DNA from: Octopus vulgaris
Taxonomy: Eukaryota
NCBI GenBank assembly: GCA_951406725.2
Contig: OX597822.1
Coordinates: 49,538,001 to 49,602,000, forward strand
Reading direction: 5' to 3'
Length of the DNA: 64,000 bases
Shown here piece by piece: positions 1 to 13,769 of the stretch (its first letter is position 1; each line of letters begins with the position of its first letter). Both the position numbers and the translations under genes were made by a program. The notes below the pieces were generated by a model. The model made no database searches. It saw nothing but the letters and a program-made list of their open reading frames with translations, and had not been told where the DNA came from.

Positions 1-150
1 CAAAATCAATATAGTATTTTTTAACTAGTAAAGCTGTGTTAGAATGACAGAAAATGTACAGTATTTCCTCTACACTTTGTGTTCAATTATTGCGCGAGTC
101 AAATTTCTCCGCCATTCACTTGAGAAATCGATAAAATACCAGTTGTGTGC

Positions 151-2130
151 TGTGGTAGATACACCCAACTATAACTCGCCCCTTAAGCATATTTTCCTTG
201 TCTTAGTGTATAACATTTGTTTGTAATAAGACAACCAATAGTTTTTCTGCTCGTGAACGTGACGTTCAAGCTGTTGCGTCCCTGGAAGTCAGTCCTTCTC
301 TGTGCGTTCGCGTTCGGGTTGTTTGCCTGACAGACAGTTTTGCTTTTGTCAATTGTTATAATATAACTCTTATCCAAGTAAAGGAGTTACGAGTTCTTCT
401 ACGTTGGAATCTAGTGGGTTATATTGTATTAGTTTAGCACTCAAAGCTCAAATTGCAAATACAATTATATTTACAACAACGGCGACGTGAACGGATTAAA
501 ATTGTTATGTTTTATGAGCAAATAGAAACGGTTCTCGAAAGCCAACTGAAACATTTTGAGGCGGCAGAGTTTAGCCTTATTGAATTACTTACCCAAAACT
601 TATCTATCAACTAAAATATTAACACATCTATAGCAGCTTCAAATTTCAATTACCCAATTTTCCGATATTACTTTTGATTCATGGTTTATACGTTTTGAAG
701 ATATGTTTTCCGTTCACTGTTCGAATCTTGACAATGAGACCAAAGTTTGATTTGTTATTAACCAAGTTCGGAACGCTAAATAGATCAACTATAAACTACC
801 AAAAATCCTCGAGACATCGATTTCAATAAGACAGTTGAAATACTTCAGATTATCTGTGCGAACCCATTTTTGCTTAACTTTAGATACAATTGTTTTCAAA
901 CTGTCAAGTCCAATGCGAACATTTCAATTTGAATTCTGTAACTCATAATCAATTTAAATTATTACTCTCCGTTGTTGTTCTACAATCACCGTCGGATGCA
1001 GACCTTCGTACAAAACTGTTATAACAATTAAGACTACAGTGAAGAGTGCTAAAATTAATAAACTTGAAATACAATATGAAAATATTTGAAATAATATGAA
1101 ATGTTTAACAACAAGTTAACAAGTTTAGAGTCAGTAAATCAAGTGAAAACTAATCTTAATCCATTACCTATTGCCAGAAAGAGAAATTCCGGTCCGCTCC
1201 AGCTATGCTGATTTTGCGATGCAAGAAATAGAAAGTGTTGCCCTTACAAGCAACAGACTACTATTTATGTCAGTTTTAAAGTGAACTCTCAAATTTAATG
1301 CGCAAGTATTTAATTGTTTCAATAGATGGTATTCCAGTTAAATTACTGTTAGACACAGCATCTGATATCACGTTGATTTCTCGCAAAATTTGGAAGCATC
1401 TTGCCCACAGATAGCTGAGACGGATCACACTGCGAAGAATGCATTAGATGATAATTTAAACCACATTGGTTGGATTAAGAATAAGTTACAGTTTGATTCA
1501 AATCCTTTTAATGGAACTTATTATTTGGCAAATCGATATGGTTTAGATTGGATTACTGAAGTGGACTGATGCAGTAAACCAGTGGACTCAATTAGCTTAC
1601 ATTCATACACTTCGAGTGGTCCTATCAATCGTTCCTTTCAAGATATATCATCTGACGCTTTTTACCCTTTTAGAGAAGGAAAAATATCCACCCGTTTTCA
1701 AAGAGTCGTTGGGGCGTTGCAAGTTATACAAAGCAAGTTATACAAAACAAGTCTGATTTAAAGCGTGTATGTAGGTCTCGCAAACCAGTTCCATATGCAG
1801 TTCAATCCAAGGTTGACAAAGAGTAAAACCAACTTGTACAATTAAACATAAAAGACCTGTTAACTCTTCAACTTGGCTAGCACCAATTACGGTAGTTTGG
1901 AAAAAGCAAATGGTTTCATTAGCCTTTGCGAAGATTTTTCGACTAGATTTCATGAAGCTTTTAGATCACCCCTACCCGCTACCTAATCCTGAGAACATTT
2001 TCAACAAGATTAATTTTGGTCGTTACATCGCAAAAATCGATTTGGTTCATGATTACTTACAAATTGAAGTAGATAATACTTCGAAATCACTGTTGACATA
2101 GCGCTTTACCAATATAACCGATTACCATTG
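151..2130 (+). mobile_element. Decayed Ty3/Gypsy LTR retrotransposon (5' LTR, PBS, gag/protease/RT remnants)
   Basis: Putative LTR TGTGGTA...TACAACA (151-478) followed by PBS-like (c)GGCGACG at 480. Aspartic protease motif LLDTASDITLISRKIWKHL near 1346. RT segment WLAPITVV...PYPLPNPENIFNKINFGRYIAKIDLVHDYLQIEVD...LYQYNRLP (1874-2130). Many stops and frameshifts. Confidence 0.8.
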
Positions 2131-2269
2131 ATATTTTCTGGTAGCCTTAAATTTTTTAAAACTTCGAGTATTTGCTTTTGTTTTAAACATCCTTGTAAGC
2201 CATAAATACTTCAATGAATTTCACCCAAGATGTACGTAACGAAACTCCTAATGTATGTCTGAAACTCAT

Positions 2270-2990
2270 TTATAATAGACATAAGCAGTTGAAATCCAAC
2301 CCCAAAGATTCTACAAAGAACTTGGCAAAAATAAGGTAGATACCAATGCAGCACCAACAGTTGAAGAAGTGAAAGAATTTTGGAAAGAAATATGGTCGGC
2401 AAAGGAACAACCTCAGAAAAGATCTATCAAAATAACCAACACGGCACCTGAACAACTCTGGACTTCTATAACAACTGAAGAGGTCAACCATGCACTGCAA
2501 AAACTAAGCAACTGGAAGGCACCAGGGCACCACAAGATCCTCAACTTCTGGTTAAAATATCACACAGGAATACATGAAACGCTGGCTGAGAAATTTAATT
2601 AAATACTAATAGAACCAGAGACAATGTCTGAATGGCTCACGGAAAGGAAAATTATCCTAATTCCTAAATCCACTGACACGGCAAACCAACAAAATTACAG
2701 ACCGATAACCGTCAACCTACAATTTACAAAGCCTTTACTGCAATAATATCGCAGATAATGAGCAAATATCTAGAAGAAAACCTTTTTCCAGAAAAGCTGA
2801 AGGTATGCTGCAAGGACTCATACAGTTGTAAATATCAGCTACTGATCAATAATGCCATAATTGAAGAGAGTCGCAGAAAGAAGTGTGTAAATATGGCTTG
2901 GATCGATTATCGAAAGGCTTTTGATAGTATTCCCCGCACTAGCCATGAACAATGTAGCACCAATAATCATAAAATATATAAAACATCACA
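2270..2990 (+). mobile_element. Dong/R4-clade non-LTR retrotransposon, RT fragment
   Basis: EFWKEIWS...ITTEEV..ALQKLSNWKAPG..KILNFWLK; LIPK...NYRPIT; QLLINNAII...MAWIDYRKAFDSIP; frameshifted. Confidence 0.85.
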
Positions 2991-3234
2991 TCAAGACAAA
3001 TAGCGCATGACCTTACAGGTGGTGTCCTGTAAGAATTTTCTGCAGGTACTATACCTTATCCGCTCAAAAAAGTAAAAAATAATGGTTGTTTATAAATGAT
3101 GAACGAAACGCCTCAGTTGGTTAAGGTCAAACATCTGACTAGCAAATCTGTAATATTAAGCAGAATATTTGCTGTAGCCCAGCTTTTACACCTAGACAAA
3201 ACATGTATAATAATAATAATTACTATTATTATTT

Positions 3235-3440
3235 TGGTTTGGCCTAGGTTCGGACTTTATTCCTGATTTATGTGGGTAGCAGGTTACCCCCTGTAACCTT
3301 AGGTATCCACAAATTTTCAGCTTAGGTATCCACAAGCTCTCAAGTGCTTAGTGCCCTCTTGATAATCCTTGCTGTCCCTAAGAGACAAACTTTCTAGGGC
3401 AATGGATTGGCAGAATCCATAGGATGTCGGAAAAAGCCTT
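3235..3440 (-). mobile_element. Dong/R4 3' end fragment with (TAA)n tail
   Basis: Minus-strand translation KVCLLGTARIIKRALST* (R4/Dong C-terminus), then a short 3' UTR running into degenerate (TAA)n near 3207-3232. Confidence 0.65.
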
Positions 3441-4812
3441 GCAGTATTTTCTGTCTCTTTACTTTCTGAGTTCAATTCACGGCGAAGTCAACATTGTCTT
3501 TCATTCATTCGAGGTTGATAAATCAAAAGCGTTGTCAAGAAATGAAGTCGATATATCAAATATCAATCTTCTTCAAGGGGTTATATTCACGCTTCTGGTC
3601 GGTGTAGGGTTGATAATGAAGCATAAGTAGATTTATAGACTGAAAATATGTAGAATAGGCACCTAGTTGGTTTACAAAGATAAGCTGTTTGGTTTGTGGC
3701 GTATATGAATTACCAAAGCGAATTAAAACCTTTCAAGATAATATTCATTTGGAGTGGAACAAATTGATAGTTGAATAAGAAAAATCATTCACAATATAGG
3801 CAAAATGTACATCACCACTCTATATATTCTGAAGGCAAGAGAATTTCCAAGATAACAAAGAATCGGGAACTTCGAGTTATTCAGATCTGTAAGCCGATTT
3901 CTTTCCATTGCATGGCAAATTATCACACGTCTTTATTAGCAATAAAATATAACTTTTAACCATGATTAACCCAGGAGTTAAACCTTATAATATATTTATG
4001 TGTTATGGTTTTAAAATTACACTATTTGAAATTTTAATTATCAATGAAATGAACTTAAAAGTAACGTTTATTTTAAGAGTTGTAACAAAGTATGCAATAG
4101 TAATATCGATGTGTCCATATTCGATAAATCTCTATTATTTATGATTAAAGTCTCATTAGTCCCGTATTGTACACTATAATTTAACTTTATCTGTAGGATA
4201 GATTTCGGTATATCATTGATATACGAAACATACAAATATTGTACATTAAATTAATATTATGGTAAATACAACATTCAGTAACACCCATTAGCGATAAATA
4301 CGTATATTGCTAGTAATTCGTAATTGCACTGTCATGGAAAAGGCGAATAACATGCATATTGTAATTGCCTGGTCACAAACAATGTATCAACAGTTAGAAA
4401 ATGAAACAGCGTATGGTTTGTGTCGAATTATACTTATTATCTTATGATACAGGTAATATATTTGTTAAACATACTAGATAAGATCCACAAACACAATATT
4501 TAATTAGAAACATTTGTGATGATTAGCTGGTGTTGCAGCGAATGAGGTGAAGCGAGTGTTCGGAGTCCTGCTCTACTTGTAACCACTTGGTGTCGAATTC
4601 TAGTGTGGAGAGACATTTTTTCTAACTGAAAATATCGAGATCCCAAAAGTATAGAAGTTAAAGAACAGTATATATATATATATATATATATATAATTGAG
4701 ATTCAGTTGAATTAGGTACTTAAGTTGAAGCACCAAGTTAGTGCGGTATTATCCGTACAACTCAAAGTAAGGTCAATAAAGTCAAAATAAGCAACAGGAC
4801 ATCAAGGGGTGA

Positions 4813-4900
4813 TGCAGTAAGATCGTTTCAAGCGGCTCCATTTAATTGAACAATGCAATCATTACATAAATTTAAATGCAGGTCTATCCTCTTAGCTGCA
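4813..4900 (-). ncRNA. Degenerate type I hammerhead ribozyme in a Penelope-like pseudo-LTR
   Basis: Minus strand: UGCAG-CU(-)AAGA-G...long stem II...-GAAA-CGAUCU-UA-CUGCA. Perfect 5-bp stem I, but core G5 is lost. Upstream 4900-5380 resembles a decayed PLE 3' end. Confidence 0.45.
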
Positions 4901-6764
4901 TAAATAAATAGAATTTTTATCAGTTGGACATATTAATGGAGCAATAAGAGGGAAAGATTCATTGTTGCTATTAATGTAGCTAAGAACATGCTACACATCT
5001 AAGAACTGTATAACGTTTGTTAGGGTCATATCTTGTAAAGGATTGTAGTTCATTTCAAATTTATTAGTCTTTTTTTATCAACTACCAGATCTAAGGCTAG
5101 AGGATAGTGTCTGTTTAGAATGGAGGGAAGGAGTGAGTTGACCGTTTATAGTTGGGTATGGGCATAAATATTGTCAGGATTTATGTTAACTGTCTATAAA
5201 GGAGGCTTGGTAGCGGAAGACCCCAAATTAAGATGTTAATTACCAGTTCAACGGACAAGACTCTAATAAAACCTATAATGTTAATACAGAGGAAATTATC
5301 TTGGGGTACTATGGATAATTGTATACAAGCAATATTGTTATGTTGTATAAAGATAAGATTTAAGATTACTTAAAATATATTATAACCAGAATAGGTAAAA
5401 TGTGTGTATATATATGTGTGTGTGTGTGAGTGTAAATAAATATATATTTATATATATACATATATATATATGTATATATATACTTACAAACACATACACA
5501 CAAACGCACAAACAAGCACTAACACACACACACACAAACACACACAGAAAGGCATACACACGGATATACATTCATCATATAGGCATTGCATTAGTATGCA
5601 TGTATAAACATATGAATATATTTTATTCACCGGAATGCAGAAAAACACTCGCACACACCTACATACACTCTCATTTATGCAGATATATCCATATACATAC
5701 GTACATGCACACAAACTTTCACACACAAAATTATAAATCGATATCTTTTTCAAATTTAATATACTTGATGCAATGACTTTGGAGATTAAGCTGAATTTCT
5801 AGGGGATTAGGCGAAGAAATAGAAATGATTGCATTGCAACAACCGCTGCTTGTCTCTGAAATTCTTTGGCATGGATATCAACCTTTCATTCTAAATTGTG
5901 TTTCTTTTATTTGTGTCCTATTTAATTTGAAAATGTTATCCTACTTTATCTACTTACATGCTGCCTTTTAAACTTCAAACACATTTTAAAAAATGTATCC
6001 TGCTTTGTCGATAGAACCCTAATGTATTGTACTGGTAGTAACGGGTTTTTACAAGGGATTATTGCGATTGTAGAATGAAATAAGAGAAGGTGCGAGATGT
6101 ATCTAATAAAAAATAAGTATATTGCTAATGCGGTTGATCAGAATGTTACGTTTTATCTTTCAAATAATAGTGATACTTTCTCTGGCTGTCTTTGCATTTG
6201 TTATAAATATAGCACTGAATATCAAATTCGTAGACTACCAAAGCGATGTTAAGAAATTGAGAAACCGAAATAGACAAACATGGTAACTAAGATTTACATG
6301 CTAGACAGAATTCTGAGCATTAACCTCTATCATTCCAAAACCAGAAGGTTAAACATTTTAAATAGTGTGTATATAACAAGAGCAACAATTAAATGCAAGT
6401 TAGAGATCTATTGATCAACTAAAATTTTCACCTCCTTACACCCTTCTTTTCACTCCCAAACAACAACATGACCCGAAGCCGACAAAATAAATATACCTGA
6501 TTACAAAGTTTTGCACGCCAAATTAAACTCAGTCCAATGACACAACTAGAAATACCAAAAATAAAATCTTATATAATATCATTCCACCAGAAGTCAAACT
6601 TCAAAATATTATCATTCAGTAAGCTCCATCTATCCAAAGAAAACACACTTACAAGAGGCCGCATAACGACACGATATAATAAGATGTGGCACAGTTCGAT
6701 AAAGTCTAGAAGGCTGAAAATTCAAAACAACTGTCACAACTATATATACTTTTATTTTTCCTTT

Positions 6765-6990
6765 TACTATTTAACTTGTTTCAGTTATTTGAGTGCGACT
6801 ATGCTGGAGTACCGCCTTTACTCTAACAACTCTAACCCAGGACTTATTCTTTGTGAGCCTAGTACTTATCGGTTTCTATTGCCGAACCGCTAAGTTATGG
6901 AGACATAAACACACCGGCAACAGCTGTCAAGTGACGGTAGTGGGTTGATAAACACATACACAAAACTACATACATTATATATATATATAT

Positions 6991-7038
<48 letters not shown>

Positions 7039-7152
7039 TTTTATTATTTAATGTGGTTAACCCCGACTCAACCCGGGACCTACATATATATATATATATA
7101 TATATACGAAAGGCTTCTTTCAGTTTCCATCTACCAAATCCACTCGCAAGGT
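6765..7152 (-). mobile_element. tRNA-derived SINE family B, partial and interrupted by (TA)n
   Basis: Reverse-complement similarity to the full copy at 9152-9556 (gcctagtacttatc, gccgaaccgctaagtta, cttctttcagtttcc..ctaccaaatccactc). Confidence 0.75.
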
Positions 7153-7307
7153 TTTCGCCGGCATATATATATATGGAGGCGCAATGGCCTAGTGGTTAGG
7201 GCAGCGGACTCGCGGTCGTCGGATCGCTTCTATAAAATAAATTAATTTACTCTGCTATGTATTGAATACATTATTTACTGTGGTTAACCCCGACTCAACC
7301 CGGGACC

Positions 7308-7356
<49 letters not shown>

Positions 7357-7422
7357 GAAATGCCTCTTTCAGTTTCCATCTACCAAATCCACTCGCAAGG
7401 TTTTCACCGGCATATATATATA

Positions 7423-7677
7423 TGGAGGCGCAATGGCCTAGTGGTTAGGGCAGCGGACTCGCGGTCGTCGGATCGCGGTTTCGATTCCTAGACCGGGCGT
7501 TGTGAGTGTTTATTGAGCGAAAACACCCACAAAGCTCCACGAGGCACCGGCAGGGGGTGGTGATCCCTGTTGTACTCTTTCACCACTCTTTCTCTTTCTC
7601 TTTATTATGTTGGCCTGCTCGCTTAGCCAGCGGGGTGTAAAACATCTGATGGTCTGGTCGGTCACGTGATCACGTGA
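7423..7677 (+). mobile_element. tRNA-derived SINE family A (head also duplicated at 7175-7228)
   Basis: A box TGGCCTAGTGG and B box GGTTTCGATTCC in a tRNA-like head; ends ggtcacgtgatcacgtga + (TA)n; second copy at 25271-25482. Confidence 0.85.
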
Positions 7678-7705
7678 TATATATATATAAATATATACAT
7701 ATATA

Positions 7706-7737
<32 letters not shown>

Positions 7738-7864
7738 TCCTCCTCCACCACAGTCTAAAACAAAACCTTTCGACATTCCTTTCCACTGCTTTCGGCTTTC
7801 ATTTAACCTTTCCCTATAAATACTGTGCTATTGGACGCTCAGGAAAGGAAAGAAAAGAAAGAGG

Positions 7865-7899
7865 ATTTCACGTTTCGAGTGGAACTTTTCATGAGAAAT
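7865..7899 (-). ncRNA. Degenerate minimal hammerhead, same family as 56983-57017
   Basis: Minus: AUUU-CUCAUGA-AAAGUUCCACUC-GAAA-CG-UG-AAAU. Flank ttggacgctcaggaaag is shared with 56951. Confidence 0.45.
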
Positions 7900-8183
7900 A
7901 CAAAAGTGGTCCAAAGGACGGAAGACGGAGAAAGAAAATCGCCTACGATGCACATGCGGTCAAATATTGAAATGACCGGAAGGGAATGGGTGAGTGCAAG
8001 AGAAGGAGGTATGTGTGTGTATGTGTGGGCATGTGTGTGTGCGCATATCTGTGTGTGAGTGGGTTATGTCTGCGGAGTAAATGTACGTTACTGTGTGTGT
8101 GTGCGTGATTGCTTTCATGTGCGTGTTTGTGCGCATGTGTATGAATGTGCGTCTATGCGTCTGTGTATGTGTGTGCGTGTATG

Positions 8184-8247
<64 letters not shown>

Positions 8248-8848
8248 TATAGGACGATAAAGTGAGAATGCAATTGGAATCCTTAAAAATATTTATTTAA
8301 TTCTACTTAACGGGCTTCCAACTTTCATAATATTCAAGTCTTCAAATGTAGCGGAGTTGAGATCTGTCTAGAGTTATGCTATATTAATCTCAACGTTGAC
8401 TAGTACTTGAATATTTATATTTTCCATAGCTTCAAACTACTATCAGTTGAGGTACGTTACAGTTCAAAGAAGTTGTTCAGGAGATCGGAATTTTATGCAA
8501 CTGCATGAAGAAGCACGTACACAGAAGGCTATTTGTCTGTACTTAAGACATAACTGATATCGTTATAATAATATGCCAGAGCACTCAGAATTTGAGGATC
8601 AAAGAACCAGTCTCAGTAATAAATTGGATCTATCAATTAACAAGGGATAAAAGAACGATTGGTTAGGAATACTAGAGGGCGTATGCTATTTCCACTTTCG
8701 TATTAATACCTCGACACCTTCCTCTATTTTTTCTTCGAACAAAGGCTACTTAACTTCCGACTACACTCATTTATTTCGGCTTTATATTGTATTAAGTTTT
8801 AAATATCTTTTACTTGAAATATCGCAACGCGCTCCTCACTACTCATAC

Positions 8849-8944
<96 letters not shown>

Positions 8945-8958
8945 ATATCTATCTATCT
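8849..8958. repeat. (TATC)n tetranucleotide microsatellite
   Basis: Direct reading; similar tracts at 37293-37357 and 44521-44645. Confidence 0.95.
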
Positions 8959-9151
8959 AGCTAAGTGGTTGTCTATATGTCCGTCTATCTGTATGCCTGT
9001 CTGTCTATCTGTCTCTCTGTTTGTCCATCTATCTATCTACCTTATCTGTCTATGCATGCATTATATAGAGGTAATTATGTGGATAAACAAATTAGATATA
9101 CTAAATATAACACTGTTGGTATGAAATACAAAATAAAGGGAAGGAGTGGCT

Positions 9152-9552
9152 ATAGACACAGGAGTAGTTGTGTAGTAAGTAGCTTACTAACCAATCACAT
9201 GGTTCCGGGTTCAGTCCTACTGCGTGGCACCTTGGGCAAGTGTTTCTACTATAGCCTCGAGTCAACCGAAGCCCTGTGAGTGGATTTTGTAGACAGAAAC
9301 TGAAAGAATCCCGTCGTATATATGTACATATATATGTATGCGTGTGTGTCAATGTATGTTTGTGTATCTGTGTTTGTCCTCCCAACATCACTTGACAACA
9401 GATGCTGGTGTGTTTACGTCCCTGTAAATTAGCGGTTCCACAAAACAGACCGATAGAATAAGTACTAGGCTTACAAAGAATAAGTCCTTGGGTAGATATT
9501 TTCGACTAAAGGCAGTGCTCTAGCATGGCCGCAGTGAAATGACTGAAACAAG

Positions 9553-9556
<4 letters not shown>
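9152..9556 (+). mobile_element. tRNA-derived SINE family B, near full length
   Basis: tRNA-like head (ggttccgggttcagtcc), CORE-like gcaccttgggcaagtgt, internal (TG) tract, 3' tail gtgctctagcatggccgcagt..tgactgaaacaag, then (TA)n. Confidence 0.85.
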
Positions 9557-9621
<65 letters not shown>

Positions 9622-9814
9622 TATGTGTGTGTGTGTGTGTGTGTATGTGTATCTGTGTCTCTGTGTACATGAAAACCGAGAGAAAGCAAAGAGCAGAAAC
9701 TTCCAGACGATGAATATTTAAGTATAAATATATAGATGTTTATATCAATAGATCCAACTTACACATAAAAAAAACGACAGAGAACATTAAATGGACAGGA
9801 GAAAGGTGTTATAA

Positions 9815-9940
9815 ATCCAACAGCTGTTTCTGCGGGCTCGGAGATCCGTCATAATATTGGTAGATGTAGTTCATTACAACATGTAGCCGTATTTGGAAGC
9901 AGTCATCATTGTGGAAATCGAGCCACCGTCATCAGGGTAG
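9815..9940 (-). ncRNA. Type I hammerhead ribozyme with about 98-nt stem II region
   Basis: Minus: CC-CUGAUGA-CGGUGGCUCG...CGAGCCCGCA-GAAA-CAGCUG-UU-GG. Intact core, palindromic stem III ACAGCUGU, weak stem I. Confidence 0.6.
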
Positions 9941-10530
9941 GAAAGATCTTACATTTCAGATGATAAAGCATGGAAGTTCACAAATGGAGTAGGTAAGTGT
10001 ACCACTAAAGATGTATAAATATAGACAAATTAGTACTGAGATCAGATCTATTATCTAAACTCCGACACCAAATGATGAAAGACGTAATCTAGGTAAGTAA
10101 AGGTTGACAACAAGAAAAGCACCGGTCGAGTCAATGAAAATGAAATTAGATTGATGGACATGTTGTTATTAATGACATCAATGGATTCGAATGAAGTTAT
10201 GTAGATGTGTATATAAATATCACTTAAAGAGAATGCACGGAAAAGAAATTTCGTATTTGTTGCTTACAGGTTGGTTGATATCCGGGGATATCATACACGA
10301 AAATCATCCTAAGAAAGATGATTCTGAAGCTGACCTTGTAACTGTTCGGTGGTCGGTAAGTGGCAGTAGTATGCATTAGTAGCACATATATTTGTACTAG
10401 ATTGCTGTGAGTAAATGTTTAGGAAATAACAGAAATCTAAGTTATAGTTATAGTGTCCCCTGCGCCATCTTCAGATGGAATACATTTTGCTGGTCGAAAA
10501 TGCTCAATATATATATGAAGTTATATCTAC

Positions 10531-10531
10531 A

Positions 10532-10607
<76 letters not shown>

Positions 10608-10642
10608 GAGAGAGCCAGACAGAAAGAGAGAGAGAGAGAGAG
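10531..10642. repeat. (GA)n microsatellite
   Basis: Direct reading; explains the ERERE ORF. Confidence 0.95.
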
Positions 10643-12990
10643 GTGGAAATCAATTTTGTAGTTAGTATATAGAAGTCTTAACAGTAAAGGTGGAAAAGAA
10701 TTAATAAATGTGATGATTAAGTTGGTGGAAGGATATGTAGAAGAATGAACAAGAAAACGGAGAATACATACAGTAGAATGACTGAGTGGGGTGAGCTATA
10801 ACAGCAAGTTCATAGTCAGTCGTTCAAATGGCCCAACAGAATATCTGAAGCTATGACAATATATGGTAGGGACGAATATTAAGATTAATAAAACGATACA
10901 AAAATCGTTGACAAATCTCCCGAGCATAAGTCTTCTTAATTGTCTGGCTGTCAAGATATTAAAAATCATCCATGCATGTAAATTTGAGAAGGCCTCAGAA
11001 AAACATAATCGGTTGCTGTTTTGTAACTTCATATCGGATATTGCTTTTTAGATACAAATATTTCTTAGATGCATTTATTACATGTGGAAGGCGCGTAGCT
11101 AAGATATTGCACACACAGTCACTAGATGATCACAGTCAACCCAGCTGCAAGTGGATAACCCTTTGACGGAATAGCTTTCCGATCAGACCGAATGCTGGTC
11201 TACTCAACTAGCTCACGATGTGGCCTTATTCGAAAGCAAAAATAATACGAATCGCATATTCGTATTGTATAACAACATCCGATATTCTGGTTGGTAACCT
11301 GATTTCTTATTTTACATATATGTTATATATGTATAAAGGAAATGTTTACATAGTTGAGTGTATATTAAACAATATCCACAAGAAGAATTACTAGCATATG
11401 TGTTATGATAAAGAGAACAGTAAAAAAAAAAAGACATAATAGTCAACAGCATAAATAGGTTGGAACCTACTCTAATATTAAAGAAATCCTTACACATACT
11501 TTTCGAGCAGCAACAACTCACTATTTTATCGCTATTTGCTCAGCTGAAGAATTTCCATGCGCTACGTACATTAACGTGCGTATTCATTCGCCTGTATTTG
11601 CTTTCAATAATAAAGCGCTTTACTTTTTTAAATAACATGAAATACGTGCGTGTTGTGTGTGTATATATATTCATACATAATATGTTTTATGTGCCTACAT
11701 ACACCGCATACACACACACATACATACATAACCAGTGTGTCTATATAAAGTACATTTTCTATTATTGGTGTTATATAAATCAAATAACATCAATCACGTT
11801 TTATATTTTTTTTACTTGATTTCAAGTAAAAAATATGGCGTAAAGAAGAGAATATAACGACAAAACCACCGCAACAACAACAACAACAACAATAAAAATA
11901 ATAATAACCATAATAATATTAATAAAACATCAAAATGAAGCAAAATATACAACGATAAATTATATGAATAAAAAGAATGAAGAAGAAAGCAATATCAATA
12001 ACCACAACGAAGAGAAAACAAGAAAAATCTTTCTATTTTATTGTAACTTCAATATTTGACATTTTTCTTACATTCTGCTTTGTCTCCCTCTGACCTTTAC
12101 ACACTTTCTAGAAGTGATCTTAACTGTATTGAGATTTCTAAAAGGAGTATTCAAGAAGAGCAATGTTGTTTCGTCATGAATACACTTATCTCGGTTCGAC
12201 GATAATAACTTCAAGTAGTTTATTTAGGTAACAAAAAATTGTCAACATCTAAGAGTTGCTTATTTTCAAACTGTGGCATGTAGACATTATTTTCACAATA
12301 GCTACTTGCTTCTAATGGAGTCTCAACTATAATTTGCTGACAGACTAGCCTGGAGAAATTTCTTTTAAATTGTTAAATTTACTTTGAACAGCTTTAAATC
12401 TCCAGAATCCTAATGCAAATTCTCGACGTTATTGAAATGTGGTTTTGTTTTCTTTAAAAATTCCAAACGTTCTAAGCTAAGTTAGTATTTGTTGAGACTG
12501 ATGAAATCTTTCACTCATAATATTTTGTTCTTTTGTTTTTCTTTTCTACGTCCAATGGGAAAATATATCATTATTTTTAAACATACATAAACCCAATCTA
12601 ATAGTAACTGAAAGCTCAAAGAAAGATTTGATTTATATTTTGTGATACAAGCAATTATGAATATGTTCTTTTTTCATTGCTAAAAAATAAATATTGATAT
12701 AAAAATAGAAAATATAATGTCTTATATAAATTTATGGAAATGAATAAAATGAATAAAAGGGAACCCGTAATTCATGCCATTCTCAAAGACTGTTGTTGGC
12801 ATATGTAAATGAAAATCAGTTAAAATAGGATTTGAAACCAGTTGATAATTTCCGTCTCACCGTCTAAATATGTCTGAAATTTAAGTGACGTGATTGAACA
12901 ATAATAAAATCGGAATTTCATACGGAAATAGAAACCTCTTTGTATATCTTGTTCGCCAGCAACCTAATGTTGAATTACAATATCTGTTCA

Positions 12991-13505
12991 TCTCTCTCTA
13001 TATAAACGGCAGTTTGTCTGTCTGTGTGTCTCTCAGGTTGTACCCTCACCCTGACGACGGCTTTCAACCGATTCTGATGAAACTTGACACACACATAGCC
13101 CAATGTCATAATTCAAAACTAACGCAGAGAAAATTTTGAAAAGTTCCCCCAGTTCTGAAAACAATTAATAAATTCGACATGGGGTCGAGAATCTAAGCTT
13201 TTTATTTGCAACACATTTTCTGTTGTAGTTTTCGCAACTTGCAATCGATTTTCACCAAACTCATGGTGAAGCTTAATGTTACCCTAGGAAACTTAATTCT
13301 GTCGTTCGTTTTCCATGCAATACCTTACCATCAGAAAAAATCGATAAAATCATGCCATTTTGGGAAATCGCGTTCAAATTCAAGATGACATATTTTCGAC
13401 CATATCTTTCACAAATTGGCAGGAATTTTTTAAAATTTCACAGCGAGCATCATGTCTGCTCCAGGGGCTCTTAGATACCCGGGCAAAGCCGGTCTATGCT
13501 TCTAG
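12991..13505 (+). mobile_element. Non-autonomous Helitron
   Basis: A|TC 5' terminus (tctctctctatataaacggcagtttgtctgtctgtgtg), subterminal GC-rich hairpin cccgggcaaagccgg (13478-13492) and CTAG|T 3' terminus; A/T insertion site without TSD. Confidence 0.75.
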
Positions 13506-13769
13506 TTTACATATAAAAAGAAGTATTTAATATATATAAAACTATTTCCAAATTTAGTGAGGATAACGAAGATACAACCAATATTTTTCGAAAACGACTT
13601 ATAAGTGTAGCTAGATCACGAGTCAAAATAATAATTTAAACCGAAAACGAACATTTATAGCAATTCGGAACGTTGCAGGAGATAAACTGATTCACTGCCT
13701 CACTCTTTTTAAGAACGAAAGGATAAGAATGAAATGCATAAACTTCAAATATTGGAAAATACCCGCTGC

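Noticed and set aside
7423-7500. tRNA gene
   Set aside because: A/B boxes continue into a shared repeat body with no complete cloverleaf or T-run terminator; SINE head, not a tRNA.
7735-7790. Minus-strand peptide GFVLDCGGGGNI resembling the PYFDCGGGNIW motif of GPR158-like ectodomains (possible next exon)
   Set aside because: Runs straight into (TA)n, lacks the preceding W..PY residues and has no splice acceptor or donor; treated as coincidence.
8302-8352. Further hammerhead-like traces (also 27805-27863, 49580-49655, 55590-55625)
   Set aside because: Two or more core or stem defects each; cannot be told from chance without a family consensus.
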